Origin: a bacterium
GTDB taxonomy: Bacteria > UBA8248 > JACPRG01 > G963555815
NCBI GenBank assembly: GCA_965218795.1
Contig: OZ244653.1
Location: 544,001 to 608,000, forward strand
Reading direction: 5' to 3'
DNA: 64,000 nucleotides
Positions 9,179-20,944 of the stretch are shown piece by piece. How positions within the stretch are numbered: position 1 is the first letter of the stretch; each line of letters starts with the position of its first letter. Under the pieces are notes generated by a model. It saw only the letters and a program-made list of their open reading frames with translations. It was not told the DNA's origin and ran no database searches. A program made the translations under genes and the position numbers.

Positions 9179-10417
9179 ATGCGCCAACCGACCAAACCGA
9201 AGCGGCTCTATATCGATTTCGATGGTTTTTTCGCGTCCTGCGAGGAGCAGGCGGACCCCGGCCTGCACGGCCGCCCCGTTGGAGTCATACCGTTTGCGGG
9301 GGCGCGCAACAGTTGCGTGATCGCTGCAAACGCAGCGGCCAAGAGGTTCGGCGTCACGACCGGGACTTCAATCGCCGAGGCGCGCCGGTTGTGCCCCCGG
9401 ATAGCTCTCCCGCCGCAGCGGCCGGATCTGTACGTCCGGATCCACCACCGGATCGTGGCTGCGGTGCTCTCCGTGTTGCCGCTTGATGTCGTTTGCTCGA
9501 TCGACGAGTGCGCCGCCGTTCTGGGGAATCGGGACTGCCCTGAAGAGATCGCGGGAAGGATCAAGAGCCGCGTGCGGGCAGCAGTCGGGGAACGCATCAC
9601 CTGCTCCATCGGCTGTGCGCCCAACAGGTGGCTCGCCAAGATCGCCGCGGGCCTGGAAAAGCCGGACGGTCTGACGGTGCTGCTTCCCGGCGACCTGCCG
9701 GGTCCTCTGCTCCACCTCGGGCTGGAGGCGTTGCCCGGGGTCGGCAGGCGCATACGCGTACGTTTGAAGCGGAGTGGGATAACGACGATCGAGGACATTT
9801 GGAACAGTGAGCCCGGGCGGCTGAGCTCAGTCTGGGGCAATGTGACCGGCGCGCGCTTTTGGTACGCGCTCCACGGCTACGCCGTGGAACCGCCGGTGAC
9901 GCAACGCGGCTCGATCGGCCACGGCCGGGTCCTGCCTCCAGGGGAGCGCAACGCGCAGTCCGCCCGGCCGATGGCTAGGCAACTGGTGGTGAAGGCGGCC
10001 CGGCGCCTGCGCCGGGAGGGGTTCCTCGCCCGGAGGCTCACCCTGTCGGCCGAGTGTCTCGATGCGCCCTCCTGGACGGCCTCGACGGTCGTCGCAAGAG
10101 CGAACGATGATCTGACCTGCCTCGACGCCATCTCGACGCTCTGGGCCGCACTCACCACGGCGCGGAGCCGGGCCACCCTGTTCCGGATCGCCGTATCGTT
10201 CGACCGCTTCATCCCGTCGGATGAAGCGCAGCTCGAACTGCCTCTTGAAAAGCCGGACGACAGGCGCCGGCTGACAAGGCTGAGCGCCGCCGTCGATTCG
10301 ATCAATGGCCGCTATGCGCGCACCGTCGTCGGCTACGGCGGGTGTGCTCCTCCGGGCGGCTACGCGGGGGCCAAGATTGCGTACGGCCGCGTTCCTCAAC
10401 TGGAGGATTTCCAGTAG
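9179..10417 (+). CDS. Y-family DNA polymerase (DinB/UmuC-like)
   Basis: YIDFDGFFASCE, SIDE catalytic motif, LAKIAAGLEKPDG, HhH LPGVG, C-terminal QLELPL clamp-binding-like motif. Confidence 0.92.
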   Translation: MRQPTKPKRLYIDFDGFFASCEEQADPGLHGRPVGVIPFAGARNSCVIAANAAAKRFGVTTGTSIAEARRLCPRIALPPQRPDLYVRIHHRIVAAVLSVLPLDVVCSIDECAAVLGNRDCPEEIAGRIKSRVRAAVGERITCSIGCAPNRWLAKIAAGLEKPDGLTVLLPGDLPGPLLHLGLEALPGVGRRIRVRLKRSGITTIEDIWNSEPGRLSSVWGNVTGARFWYALHGYAVEPPVTQRGSIGHGRVLPPGERNAQSARPMARQLVVKAARRLRREGFLARRLTLSAECLDAPSWTASTVVARANDDLTCLDAISTLWAALTTARSRATLFRIAVSFDRFIPSDEAQLELPLEKPDDRRRLTRLSAAVDSINGRYARTVVGYGGCAPPGGYAGAKIAYGRVPQLEDFQ

Positions 10418-10668
10418 TGGCGCTTTGTTTGGGCGATTATGCCGAGGGCGACTGGTATTTCATCGCGGTATGCAAGACCTGCGGCCGGGAGACGGCCTTG
10501 GAGCCCGCCGAGCTCCTGGCCCGGCCGGGGACGGAAAAAGTGCATCGCGGAATGCGTGTGGAAGACCTGGAGCCCCTCCTGCGCTGCCGGGAATGCCACT
10601 GTAGGAAGGCGCATCTCGAACCGGTCGCCAGAATTCGCAAGCAGGGTTTCGTCGGTGGGATGATCTGA
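10417..10668 (+). CDS. Small Zn-ribbon protein translationally coupled to the Y-family polymerase
   Basis: GTG overlaps the polymerase TAG; CKTCGR...LRCRECH. Confidence 0.65.
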   Translation: MALCLGDYAEGDWYFIAVCKTCGRETALEPAELLARPGTEKVHRGMRVEDLEPLLRCRECHCRKAHLEPVARIRKQGFVGGMI

Positions 10669-10771
10669 AAGGCAAGGCGCTTTTCGATAATGCCGGGTAT
10701 GAGGGTCTCCCCGAAAGCTGGTCCACTGAGAAAGTGATTTCTGACAAACTCCCAGGAAAGGAGGGTGTCAG

Positions 10772-11038
10772 ATGAAGCGCAAGCGATTCTCGGTTGAGCA
10801 GATCGTGGCAGCAGTGAAGCAACACGATCTCGGTGTTTCGGCGACCGACATTGCCCGCAAGTTAGGCATTGCGGAGCAGACCTTTTACCGCTGGAAGAGG
10901 CAGTATGGCGGCCTGGAGGCGGCCGAGGTCCGAGAACTGAAGCAGTTGCGGGAGGAAAACGCCCGGCTCAAGAGGCTGGTAGCCGATCTCAGCCTCGACA
11001 AGGTGATGCTGCAGGAGGTCGCCTCAAAAAAATGGTAG
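10772..11038 (+). CDS. IS3 transposase OrfA
   Basis: MKRKRFSVEQI..TFYRWKRQYGG..LREENARLKRLVADLSLDK. Confidence 0.9.
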   Translation: MKRKRFSVEQIVAAVKQHDLGVSATDIARKLGIAEQTFYRWKRQYGGLEAAEVRELKQLREENARLKRLVADLSLDKVMLQEVASKKW

Positions 11039-11861
11039 GCGCATCGCAACGCCGGTCGGCGGTGCGCCATCTGCAGCGGTGCTATTCGGTCAGCGAGCGA
11101 CGCGGCTGCGAGGTCACCGGCACCCATCGCAGCACGCACCGGTACCAGTCGGTGCGGCCCTGCCAGGCGGCGCTACGGCGGAAGGTCCGAGATCTGGCGC
11201 AAAGCCGGATACGCTACGGCTACAAGCGTGTCCATATCCTGCTGAGGCGTGAGGGCATTCACGTCAACAAAAAGCGCGTCTATCGCCTGTATTGTGAGGA
11301 AGGCCTACAGATTCGGGCCCGGCGTCGTCGACGGCCGCCCCGCACCAGACCGCAGGCGCCGAACGTGGCCTGGAGCATGGACTTTGTCAGCGATCAGACA
11401 GCGAGCGGAAAACGCTTTCGGGCGCTCACCGTGGTCGACCTCTTCACCCGCGAGTGTCTGGCGGTTGAACCCGGCCAGAGCCTGGGGGGTGCCGAAGTGG
11501 TCGACATTCTCAGCCGGATTGCCATGCAACGGAGCACACCGAAGCGGATCCACTGCGACAAAGTGGCAGTGAGTTCGCTGGCCGTCTGGTCGATCTTTGG
11601 GCCTACGCCAACGGCGTAGTGATGGAATATTCCCGGCCAGGAAAGCCGACCGACAACGCCTGGATTGAGTCGTTCAACGGCACGCTGCGGGACGAATGCC
11701 TGAATGTGCACTGGTTCGACGATTTGACGGACGCACGGAGGAAGTTGCAAGCTTGGCAGCGAGAGTACAATGAGACTCGACCTCACAGGTCTCTCAATGA
11801 ACTCTCTCCCCAGCAATTCAAGGCCCTTTGGGCCCAACAACGTCAGAAATTCACTGACTGA
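11032..11861 (+). pseudogene. IS3 transposase OrfB, frameshifted
   Basis: RYGYKR..WSMDFVSD..VVDLFTRECL; the DNGSEF motif is broken; PGKPTDNAWIESFNG continues in another frame. Confidence 0.85.
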
Positions 11862-11896
11862 GTGGACCAATAAATGGGGGCCCTTCAAAAGCTACG

Positions 11897-11937
11897 ACTC
11901 TAACTTTACGTGTGGTACTAAACGTGGGGGCAGGTCA
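11897..11937 (+). mobile_element. Right-end remnant of a second IS3-family element
   Basis: CTCTAACTTTACGTGTGGTACTAAACGTGGGGGCAGGTCA resembles an IS3 right IR ending in CA. Confidence 0.5.
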
Positions 11938-12007
11938 GGGCACAATTGGACTCTTTTGATAGCCCGAAACCACTGGTGACGCTGGCTCGTATTAGCTACT
12001 CAACGCC

Positions 12008-12892
12008 ATGGACAAACATCCGGAGGATCTTCCGCTTTTCGGCGGGCTAGCGGGAGCGACGCTCTGCGTAGACGAGTTTAAGGTCTGCGAAGGGTTGGTC
12101 CTTAGGCGGACTTACGCCCACGTGATGTCACCATACATACTCGCCTTCAAGCGACCCGAGCCCCCCGACAGGTGGCATCCGGCGCCGTGGAAACCGGCGC
12201 GTGGCGGGATGTCCTTGGATGTGGAAATCGAAGTTACGTTGGACGGGGGCGCGCGACCTACGGGTTTCGACCGCATCAACACCCTTTGGTGGACGCTCGC
12301 GCTGTTACGGTTGTCGACCGGCGCGAAGTTGCGGATGCCGGTCGTGTCGGACACTTCGTTCACGAGCGTGAGGACGAGTTCGGTCGAGCCGGTCTTATGG
12401 CCCATCGAGATGCTGCCCCGACAATTCCTTACGGTTACAGATCCGCCGGAGGTGATTGGCGAAGAGCACTTGGTGTGGATGCGCGAAGCCTTCGGCCCGG
12501 GATCGGAGCTGATGAACGACGAGGCGTTCGGGCGCGCCTTTCAAGCCTTCGACGACGTGATGTGGGCGCATTCGGCCGGTAGTGCGATCGTGATGGTCTG
12601 GGCCGCGTTGGAGACCCTGATACAGCCCGGTCGAGATCAGATCACCAAGAGGCTGGCGTCCTCGTTGGCCGCACTTTTGGAGCCGCCGGGCGCGGAGCGA
12701 GAACGGTTGTTCCAGCGTCTTACATTGCTATACGAAGCCCGCGGTGGCTCGGCTCACGCGTCTCGATCGCCGGAGGCCCAGAAGCTCATGTCGAGTTTCG
12801 ACGTTGCTCGACGGTCGTTCATCGCCTGCATTGACAACCGCGAGGTACCCAATGCCGCGAAGCTTCACGAGATGTGGCGACTGAAGAAGTAG
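12008..12892 (+). CDS. HEPN (ApeA/RiboL-PSP-like) domain protein
   Basis: WAALETL..ITKRLA..LYEARGGSAH (R-x4-H) C-terminal HEPN pattern; 294 aa. Confidence 0.7.
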   Translation: MDKHPEDLPLFGGLAGATLCVDEFKVCEGLVLRRTYAHVMSPYILAFKRPEPPDRWHPAPWKPARGGMSLDVEIEVTLDGGARPTGFDRINTLWWTLALLRLSTGAKLRMPVVSDTSFTSVRTSSVEPVLWPIEMLPRQFLTVTDPPEVIGEEHLVWMREAFGPGSELMNDEAFGRAFQAFDDVMWAHSAGSAIVMVWAALETLIQPGRDQITKRLASSLAALLEPPGAERERLFQRLTLLYEARGGSAHASRSPEAQKLMSSFDVARRSFIACIDNREVPNAAKLHEMWRLKK

Positions 12893-13119
12893 CGGCGCTA
12901 TCGTAAGGGAATGTTGGAGACGACGACCTTCTTCGCCGCGTCTTCGACGCCAGCTTCCTCATGTAGATGCATCACGGCGCCGCACGTTGTAACCCGGTGT
13001 CCGTCGGCCCGATGCAACCCTTCCAGTCGGCGTTTCAAAGGCGACAATTCGTCATCCCGCCTACAGGTGGCTTGAATGGAGCGGAGCTTGGCGAGTCATA
13101 AATTCCTTGTCGCTCAGAG

Positions 13120-13217
13120 TGGATTTGCCCCGTTTCGTTGGACACCTTCAGACTGTGCAGCAAGAAGTTCCCATGTCAAAAACTCATCCGCCGTACGCGT
13201 CTGTATTCCGGCGCGTA
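13120..13217 (+). mobile_element. IS3-family left-end remnant
   Basis: TGGATTTGCCCCGTTTCGTTGGACACC end followed by truncated OrfA start MSKTHPPYASVFRR. Confidence 0.6.
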
Positions 13218-13720
13218 AAAGACAGGAGCCGGTGGTTCGTGGATAGGCGTTACCGGATTCCGGAGGGTCAACCATAAGCGAGTTGTTGCGGGGTCGGACT
13301 TTTTTATATATTAGGGTAAAGATTCAACGGTTCGCCAGGGACTCGACTGGATGCGCGGAACTTGTAACGAATCCGCTTTCATTTTGATTACAGCCTATAC
13401 AAAGCGAGTTCCGGACAAGAGCGAGAATAATGTGTATTTACCAATAATATCAATATGTTAGTAGGGTCTCACGGCTGATGAGAATAGTTCGATATAGTGA
13501 ATTGTCAAGAAAAGAGTATGAGAAAAATCATCTTGGAAACGATTCGCTCGATCTTGCGCCCTTCAGATCCCCGCTGAGATTAACGCGGATGTTGAGGCTG
13601 TGAAGGAGCAGGACCATTTTCGTGGAGTTTGGCAAAGAAGTTCGGGGAAGTTGTCAAAAATGAGTCCTTGCGTCACCAAGCGCCCTCGATCTACCGGGCG
13701 TCGGTTTATGGAGGGGGAAA

Positions 13721-14065
13721 ATGGCAAACGTGGACTGGCTGTATTACCGGACCAGCTGAAACACCTGCGCCAAAACGCAGGGGTTCCTTGCGGAAAACAA
13801 CATCCAGGTGGCCCAACAGGTGAGCGCGAAGGAGAAGCTGCAGGCTTCCGATGCCCTGAAATTGGCGAGGGAGGTGGATGAAATCTATTCCGCCAAGGGA
13901 AAGAACGTCTGTCGTCTTCATCTGGAACAGGACAATCCCGATGAGGAGACATTATTGAGCTTGATGCTGGGGCCGACGGGGAATCTGCGCGCCCCTGCGC
14001 TGCGATCCGGGAGGACCCTCATCGTCGGATTTCACAAGGACACGTATGCCGAAATTCTCCGTTAG
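13721..14065 (+). CDS. ArsC-like thioredoxin-fold selenoprotein (UxxC)
   Basis: GGAGG RBS; MANVDWLYYRTS-U(TGA 13757-13759)-NTCAKT.. continues in frame to LGPTGNLRAP..LIVGF; SECIS-like hairpin at 13776-13792. Confidence 0.85.
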
Positions 14066-14108
14066 AGAAGGGCTGGAGAACCCGGAATCTCATCTTCCGG
14101 TTGAATGT

Positions 14109-15107
14109 TCAAATCTTGAAGTCCAACAACGCTTCCAGAACCTCCCCAACGCCGATTTCGGATAGGCAGATGTGTCCGGAAGCCGATCCCTTTGCACATG
14201 CCTGGCAGCCGGCATTCCGCCGCAGGGTGACGACTTCCCGCCCCCGGGGCCCCCATACGGCCGGGTCGGTTGGGCCGAACAGGGCAACCGTCGAAGCGCC
14301 GCAGGCGGCCGCAAGGTGAGTCACCCCCGAATCGTTCCCCACGTATCCCGCAGACTGCCGGAGTATTCCGGCGAGTATGGGAAGAGGAGGGGAATCCAGC
14401 AAGTTGAGTGAAGTTCCATCCCCGCGGCGCTGAAGTCCGTCATGAATTTTGGAATCCGCCGGGCCGAAGATCCATATGACCTCGCCTTCGTATGACAAGT
14501 GGCGGGCGAGTTCGATGAAGTTGGAGATCGGCCAGCATTTCTGCACTCCTCCGCTTCCCGGATGAAGGAGATAATATTTCTTGCCGGGATAGACGCCGAG
14601 ACCTAGCAGTTCTTGGCGGGCCTGCTGGAGGTGCACTTTCGTCGGTTGCACAGTGGACATGTCGACCGGCGGCCGGTTGGAGGCGTTGACTCCAACCGGC
14701 AGAAGGGTGGCGAGGAGATAATCCGACGTGTGAAGCGGAGGCTCCTGAGCGGGCGGATGCGGCTCCGCCCGGATGATTCGTTTCGCCAGGGTCCCTAAGT
14801 TCCTTTCGAAGGTTTCGTCTCCCGGGGTCCAGGCGACCAGAAGGTCATACGGCGTGTCGCGCGAAAAGCTTCCTCGAATTTCCTCGGGTGTGGATATCCC
14901 GGAGCGTAGAATCGCGAACTCTCTCCCGTCCGCGGATCGGGTTCGGCTCAGGTTGATGGCGAGAGGGAGGATGGGGAGGTAGGCGGGATTGCCCGCCCAT
15001 TCGATGGCGCAAGGTTGGAAGTGACGCCTTACTGTGTGAACGGCCTGCAGGGCGAGCAGGGTGTCCCCCAGCCCGCCACCCCTGAGAATCATGATGTTTG
15101 CAGGCAT
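14109..15107 (-). CDS. Glycosyltransferase family 9 (heptosyltransferase-like)
   Basis: RGGGLGD, HPGSGG..KCWP, VGNDSGVTHLAAA..LFGPT. Confidence 0.9.
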   Translation of the reverse strand: MPANIMILRGGGLGDTLLALQAVHTVRRHFQPCAIEWAGNPAYLPILPLAINLSRTRSADGREFAILRSGISTPEEIRGSFSRDTPYDLLVAWTPGDETFERNLGTLAKRIIRAEPHPPAQEPPLHTSDYLLATLLPVGVNASNRPPVDMSTVQPTKVHLQQARQELLGLGVYPGKKYYLLHPGSGGVQKCWPISNFIELARHLSYEGEVIWIFGPADSKIHDGLQRRGDGTSLNLLDSPPLPILAGILRQSAGYVGNDSGVTHLAAACGASTVALFGPTDPAVWGPRGREVVTLRRNAGCQACAKGSASGHICLSEIGVGEVLEALLDFKI

Positions 15108-15203
15108 CGTAAGAGCGGTTCGCCTATCGAACGAAATGGAAAATCCCCTGTCCTGCGTCCGGAAGGACTCAGTGAGGAGAGGCGAAAGCAGGATTTCAGC
15201 CGG

Positions 15204-17123
15204 TTATTCTGCGAATTCTTCTTCGAACGAATGATCGCCGTCGCCCAGCTCGCTCAGAGGCTTCATCCAGACGATCTGGTATGGAGCCATGTCGACCCTG
15301 AGAATTCCTCCATCCGCCCTGTATCTCCCGCCACGGATCAGATCGTGCCATTCGAGTTCTTGGACGCCGAGTTCGGAGATGGCGAAGACGGCTTCGGCCT
15401 GCTCTTTGCTGACATTCGTCATGGCAAGAATATGTTGGTCTCCTTCGGGGGAGGTTCTCAGGATCGAAAACACCTGTTTTGAGGTTGTCAGGATCCGTCT
15501 CGGGCCGTGTGGGTGAAAGGCTCGCTGGCGGGTGCGCAGGAGAAGGATTCTGCTCAGGGCATCTGCAATGAGTGAGAGCTTCGACTCGGGGTTGCTTAGG
15601 CCCTTTGTGATTGTTCCCCTGTGAATCGGCTGCCGATTGATATCCCGTTTTGAGCCGGTTTCCCGGACAGCATCCGGAAGATTTTTGGTTCCGAGCACGC
15701 CGTGAACATAGATGCCCGGGACGCCCGGGAGCATGAGCGAAAGGCTTCGGGATGCAATAAAGCGACTGACCTGAAGGGAGAGAGCTTCATCGCCCCCTTC
15801 AGGGTTCAAGGCGCTCCACCAGGTGGAGTTGATCTCATAGGGTTCTTCCATGCCGTTTTTGGCCGTTTTGAAAGAAATGAACGCGCCCAGATCCTTGGCG
15901 CGCTCAGTGATTTTTTCGATTTTCTCCTTTCGAAGGATCCCTTGCACACCCATCAAACCGACTCCGTCGTGCGTGTCCAGCACATTGAAGAACGTCGTTG
16001 TATCTGAAGGACTCAACAGGTTTTCGGCCCAGTTGGAAATGGCAGTGACGTCTTCCTGATAGAAGGTGTGAAGGACAAGGGGAGGTAAGGCGAAGTTATA
16101 GACCATTTGAGCCTCATCGGACCCGTCTCCGAAGTAAGAAACGTTCTCCTCATGGGGAACGTTGGTTTCCGTTATCAGCGCCACATGGGGGGCGACGATT
16201 CCCAGGATGGTTCGGAACAGCTTGACAATTTCGTGCGTCTGCTCCAAGTGCACACTGCTGGTCCCGGGTTCTGCCCAGATGTACGTAACAGCGTCCAATC
16301 GAATGGTGTCAGCACCTTGGCGAACGTAGAACAGGAGCAGATCAACGACGCTCAACAAGACCTCGGGGTTCTTGTAGTTCAGGTCGACCTGGTCGTGGGA
16401 GAACGTCGTCCACACATATCGCGGTCCGTCGAGGGTCTCGAACCGGGTCAGGATGTCCGAGGTTCGAGGTCGGAATATCTTGCCTCGATCCTCAAGGGTC
16501 AATTCCTCAGGCGAACGAAATGAAATGAAGTAATCCTGGAACTTGGGGTTCCCGTTCAGGAATTCTCTGAACCAGGAGTGTTGAGAGGAAACATGGTTGA
16601 TCACCCCATCGAACATGAGTTGGAAACTGGTTTCCAGCCGGCCAATGTCTTGCCAGTTGCCGAGGCTGGAGTCCACGGAATAAAAATCAACAACGGAAAA
16701 TCCGCGGTCCGAGGAAGATGGATAGAAAGGGAGAATGTGAACACTGCTGATGATTTCGTTGTAGGTTTCGAGGGTTTCAGCCATTTGGTGTATCGGCGGG
16801 CCTTCACCACCGTGAAACATATCGCCATAGGTGATCAGAACCGTGTCGCTCTCCGTGAACCGCTCTCTCGGGTCGAAATGGAGATCCTCCTGAATCATCT
16901 CCGGTTGCTTGTGGGCGTAATAAACCTTGAGAATGCGCTCCAGTTCAGGAAGGCTGGTCTCAGCGGGATCCTCCCCATAAAGAATGCGGAGATGGGCCAA
17001 GAGCCTGTCCCGATGGTCCGATGAGATTTTCAGGAGGGGTTTCGAGAAATCGGGGCTCGGCTCGTGGACGGTTTTGGTGAAGGGGTGCGATTGTCCTGAA
17101 CCTTGAGGTAGGTCTTCCGCCAT
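15204..17123 (-). CDS. GH13_18 sugar phosphorylase (glucosylglycerate phosphorylase-like)
   Basis: ITYGD, VHILPFYP, WTTFS.DQVDLN, IRLDAV, ITETNVPH, THDG, PYEIN. Confidence 0.88.
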   Translation of the reverse strand: MAEDLPQGSGQSHPFTKTVHEPSPDFSKPLLKISSDHRDRLLAHLRILYGEDPAETSLPELERILKVYYAHKQPEMIQEDLHFDPRERFTESDTVLITYGDMFHGGEGPPIHQMAETLETYNEIISSVHILPFYPSSSDRGFSVVDFYSVDSSLGNWQDIGRLETSFQLMFDGVINHVSSQHSWFREFLNGNPKFQDYFISFRSPEELTLEDRGKIFRPRTSDILTRFETLDGPRYVWTTFSHDQVDLNYKNPEVLLSVVDLLLFYVRQGADTIRLDAVTYIWAEPGTSSVHLEQTHEIVKLFRTILGIVAPHVALITETNVPHEENVSYFGDGSDEAQMVYNFALPPLVLHTFYQEDVTAISNWAENLLSPSDTTTFFNVLDTHDGVGLMGVQGILRKEKIEKITERAKDLGAFISFKTAKNGMEEPYEINSTWWSALNPEGGDEALSLQVSRFIASRSLSLMLPGVPGIYVHGVLGTKNLPDAVRETGSKRDINRQPIHRGTITKGLSNPESKLSLIADALSRILLLRTRQRAFHPHGPRRILTTSKQVFSILRTSPEGDQHILAMTNVSKEQAEAVFAISELGVQELEWHDLIRGGRYRADGGILRVDMAPYQIVWMKPLSELGDGDHSFEEEFAE

Positions 17124-17434
17124 TTCGGTTCCGGCCTCTTGGGGGATGCGCTTTTCCCGCTCCGCGTTCGGAATCCGGGTTAGAGGGTTTCCTGCGAGTG
17201 AAGGAAGCCGGATGGGTGCCTCCCTTGTTTCCTGATACTCCTCAGGCGGACATTATATCAAGATGCAATGATATAAATTCAGCCGGAGGCTGGAATCATT
17301 TTCGGCGTGCCCGGCCAGCGGCGAATCGTATTCTGGGCAACCAAGATGACAGAGGGACGATTCCTCGACATGAAGACACAATCGATACTTCGGATCAGGC
17401 TCCTGGTCCTCACTCCGTTCACCAGGGGTCGAAG

Positions 17435-17741
17435 ATGGAAGTCCATCGGCGGCAATGTCGGAGTTGCGGCTCATATGACACAAAAAACATCCTCGTTCAG
17501 AATCGATTCCCCAACGAATGTTTTTGTGCGATGCGGGAAGTGTGGCAAGTTGGTGGCCGGATAAGTGTTGGGAGACGACTATCACGGGAAAGACCTTGAA
17601 TCGATTCTGCGTTCTCACGGCGCCGCGGCCGCCGAGAGCGGGAGGGACATCCTCGGGGACTTCAAGCGCGTTCAGGAGGGATCGGTCAAAGTTTATGAAC
17701 GCGCGCTGAAGGCGCTGGAGGAGCAAGGGAAGGCGGTCTGA
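17435..17741 (+). pseudogene. Zn-ribbon hypothetical protein, disrupted
   Basis: MEVHRRQCRSCGS.. frameshift ..VFVRCGKCGKLVAG*(TAA)VLGDDYHGK..AESGRDIL..; directly upstream of eno. Confidence 0.55.
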
Positions 17742-19109
<1,368 letters not shown>

Positions 19110-19256
19110 CTCTCCGCACCAGAATAAGAAACATGGGGAGCGAAAGGCGCAGCCGTGGAAGTTTTCTGTTCCGGGATTTCAGGTGCGATATTTGTCTCGG
19201 TCCATGCACTTTGAATCCTTCCGAGCGTCGAAATGATTGCTTAAGGGACTTGATGA

Positions 19257-20180
19257 ATGACGAAGCGGGTTAAGGAAATTCTGAGTTGGTATGGCAGCGA
19301 TAATCCGGGATCTCTGACGAATCTCGCCCGCCTGTTGAACCACGGAAAATTAGGCGGCACGGGGAAAATGGTCATCTTGCCCGTGGATCAGGGGTTCGAG
19401 CACGGACCAGCGCGCAGTTTTGCGTCAAATCCGCCGGCGTACGATCCCCGGTACCACTTTGAGCTTGCCGTCAAATCGGGCTGTAACGCCTATGCCGCTC
19501 CCTTGGGATTTCTGGAGGCTGGAGTCCGGGAGTTTGCGGGCGAAGTTCCTCTTATCCTCAAGGTCAACGACCACGATGTCCTTCTCCACGAGACCGACCC
19601 CAATCAGGCATTGACCGGCTCGGTGTCGGATGCGCTTCGTTTAGGATGCGTCGGAATTGGATTCACGATCTATCCGGGGTCCGCGCACCGAATCGAAATG
19701 TACGAGCAAATTCGGGCCTATGCGGAAGAAGCCAAGGATTGCGGTTTGGTCGTCGTTATCTGGTCTTATCCGCGAGGATCGGGGCTGAGCAAGGAAGGCG
19801 AAACGGCGATTGATGTCACCGGGTATGCCGCGCACATTGCCGCTCAGCTCGGGGCCCACATCGTCAAGGTCAAGCTGCCTTCCGCCCACATCGAACAGGA
19901 CGCCGCCCGCAAGGTTTACGAGAAAGAGAAAGTCCGGATTGAGACGCTGCCCCAGCGGGTTCAACACATCGTGCAGTGCACGTTCGACGGACGGCGAATC
20001 GTGATCTTTTCAGGAGGTCCAACGCAGTCGGACAAGGCTGTATTCGAGGAGGTTCGCGCAATCAGGGATGGGAACGGATTCGGCTCGATCATCGGCCGGA
20101 ACTCGTTCCAACGGAAAAAGGCCGGCGCCCTCCGCTTTCTGGATACGATCATCCAGATCTATGCTGGGAAGGTGAAGTAA
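19257..20180 (+). CDS. fbaB: Class I fructose-bisphosphate aldolase
   Basis: ILPVDQGFEHGP, WSYPRG, IVKVK Schiff-base Lys, GSIIGRNSFQR. Confidence 0.95.
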   Translation: MTKRVKEILSWYGSDNPGSLTNLARLLNHGKLGGTGKMVILPVDQGFEHGPARSFASNPPAYDPRYHFELAVKSGCNAYAAPLGFLEAGVREFAGEVPLILKVNDHDVLLHETDPNQALTGSVSDALRLGCVGIGFTIYPGSAHRIEMYEQIRAYAEEAKDCGLVVVIWSYPRGSGLSKEGETAIDVTGYAAHIAAQLGAHIVKVKLPSAHIEQDAARKVYEKEKVRIETLPQRVQHIVQCTFDGRRIVIFSGGPTQSDKAVFEEVRAIRDGNGFGSIIGRNSFQRKKAGALRFLDTIIQIYAGKVK

Positions 20181-20181
20181 T

Positions 20182-20837
20182 TCAGCGGAAGAGGGAAATG
20201 CCGGTTCGCATCTTGGCGCAGCGGAATGAAATGAGGGCGCTCCGGGCGTCCGGTTCGTTACTGTAGCGGAGGGAGGCTCGAAAGTTATTTGTATTCTTTC
20301 AGATCCACGAATCTCCGCGCATAACTCGCAGGCTACTGATTCCGGGCCTTTAGGGTTACGGTCCGGGACGTCCTTGTAGCTGCTTCCCGAACCTGAAGGC
20401 GCTCGCCGGTTGGCATCTGACTTCTTCATCCATTCCGCACCGGTCCAGACATATCCCCGATCACCCTTTCCCGTCTCCGTTCGGTAACCAGTGGCCTCAG
20501 CAAAACGACCGAACGCTGTATTCCTCACCGGATACTTGTCGATAAAGTAATCATTCAGGTGTACGCGCCGCTGCGGCTTCTCGCTATCATTCCTCCCGTT
20601 ATTGCTCCCCATGATGAAATCGCCTGCGAGAACAAAACCGTCGTATTCAGCCCGATCCTGGTCTGATGCGGCTTGGGGGGGCCCGACGGCATCCTTCAGA
20701 GCGAAACTATGCCGTGGGAATCTGAGGCGCTCGTAGCTGTCGATACCAATGACGACAGCCCAAGAGTCGGCGCAGAGGGAGGGAACGGCTAAAAGGACCG
20801 TCAGCGCGAAGTTCAGCCTGAGACGCCACAACTTCAT
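20182..20837 (-). pseudogene. Decayed secreted caspase-like + FGE/SUMF1 domain protein
   Basis: Signal peptide, WAVVIGIDSY..ALKDA (caspase start), then AGDFIMGS..EKPQRRV..YFIDKYPV (FGE); internal deletions and a frameshift before RVMRG.SW..FRCA. Confidence 0.65.
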
Positions 20838-20944
20838 GGAGAACCTCGATAAGGTATTAGCAGTCATGAAACCATTGAATATGGGGAATGAGAAGGTGGG
20901 CCACATGCCGGCGGAGGAAATCAATTGAAATGGAAGGAAGTGAT

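Larger units (their letters stand above)
10700..11887 (+). mobile_element. IS3-family element (IS407-like), OrfB inactivated
   Basis: TG..CA ends with imperfect IRs (TGAGGGTCTCCCC..TGGTCCACT / AGTGGACCA..GGGGGCCCTTCA). OrfA 10772-11038; A7 -1 slippery site near 11025; extra frameshift in DNGSEF near 11560; no TSD seen. Confidence 0.92.

Noticed and set aside
10684-10699. TCGATAA-TGCCGGG-TA, a possible third lox-like site cut by the IS3
   Set aside because: The spacer differs from sites A/B and the second arm is missing.
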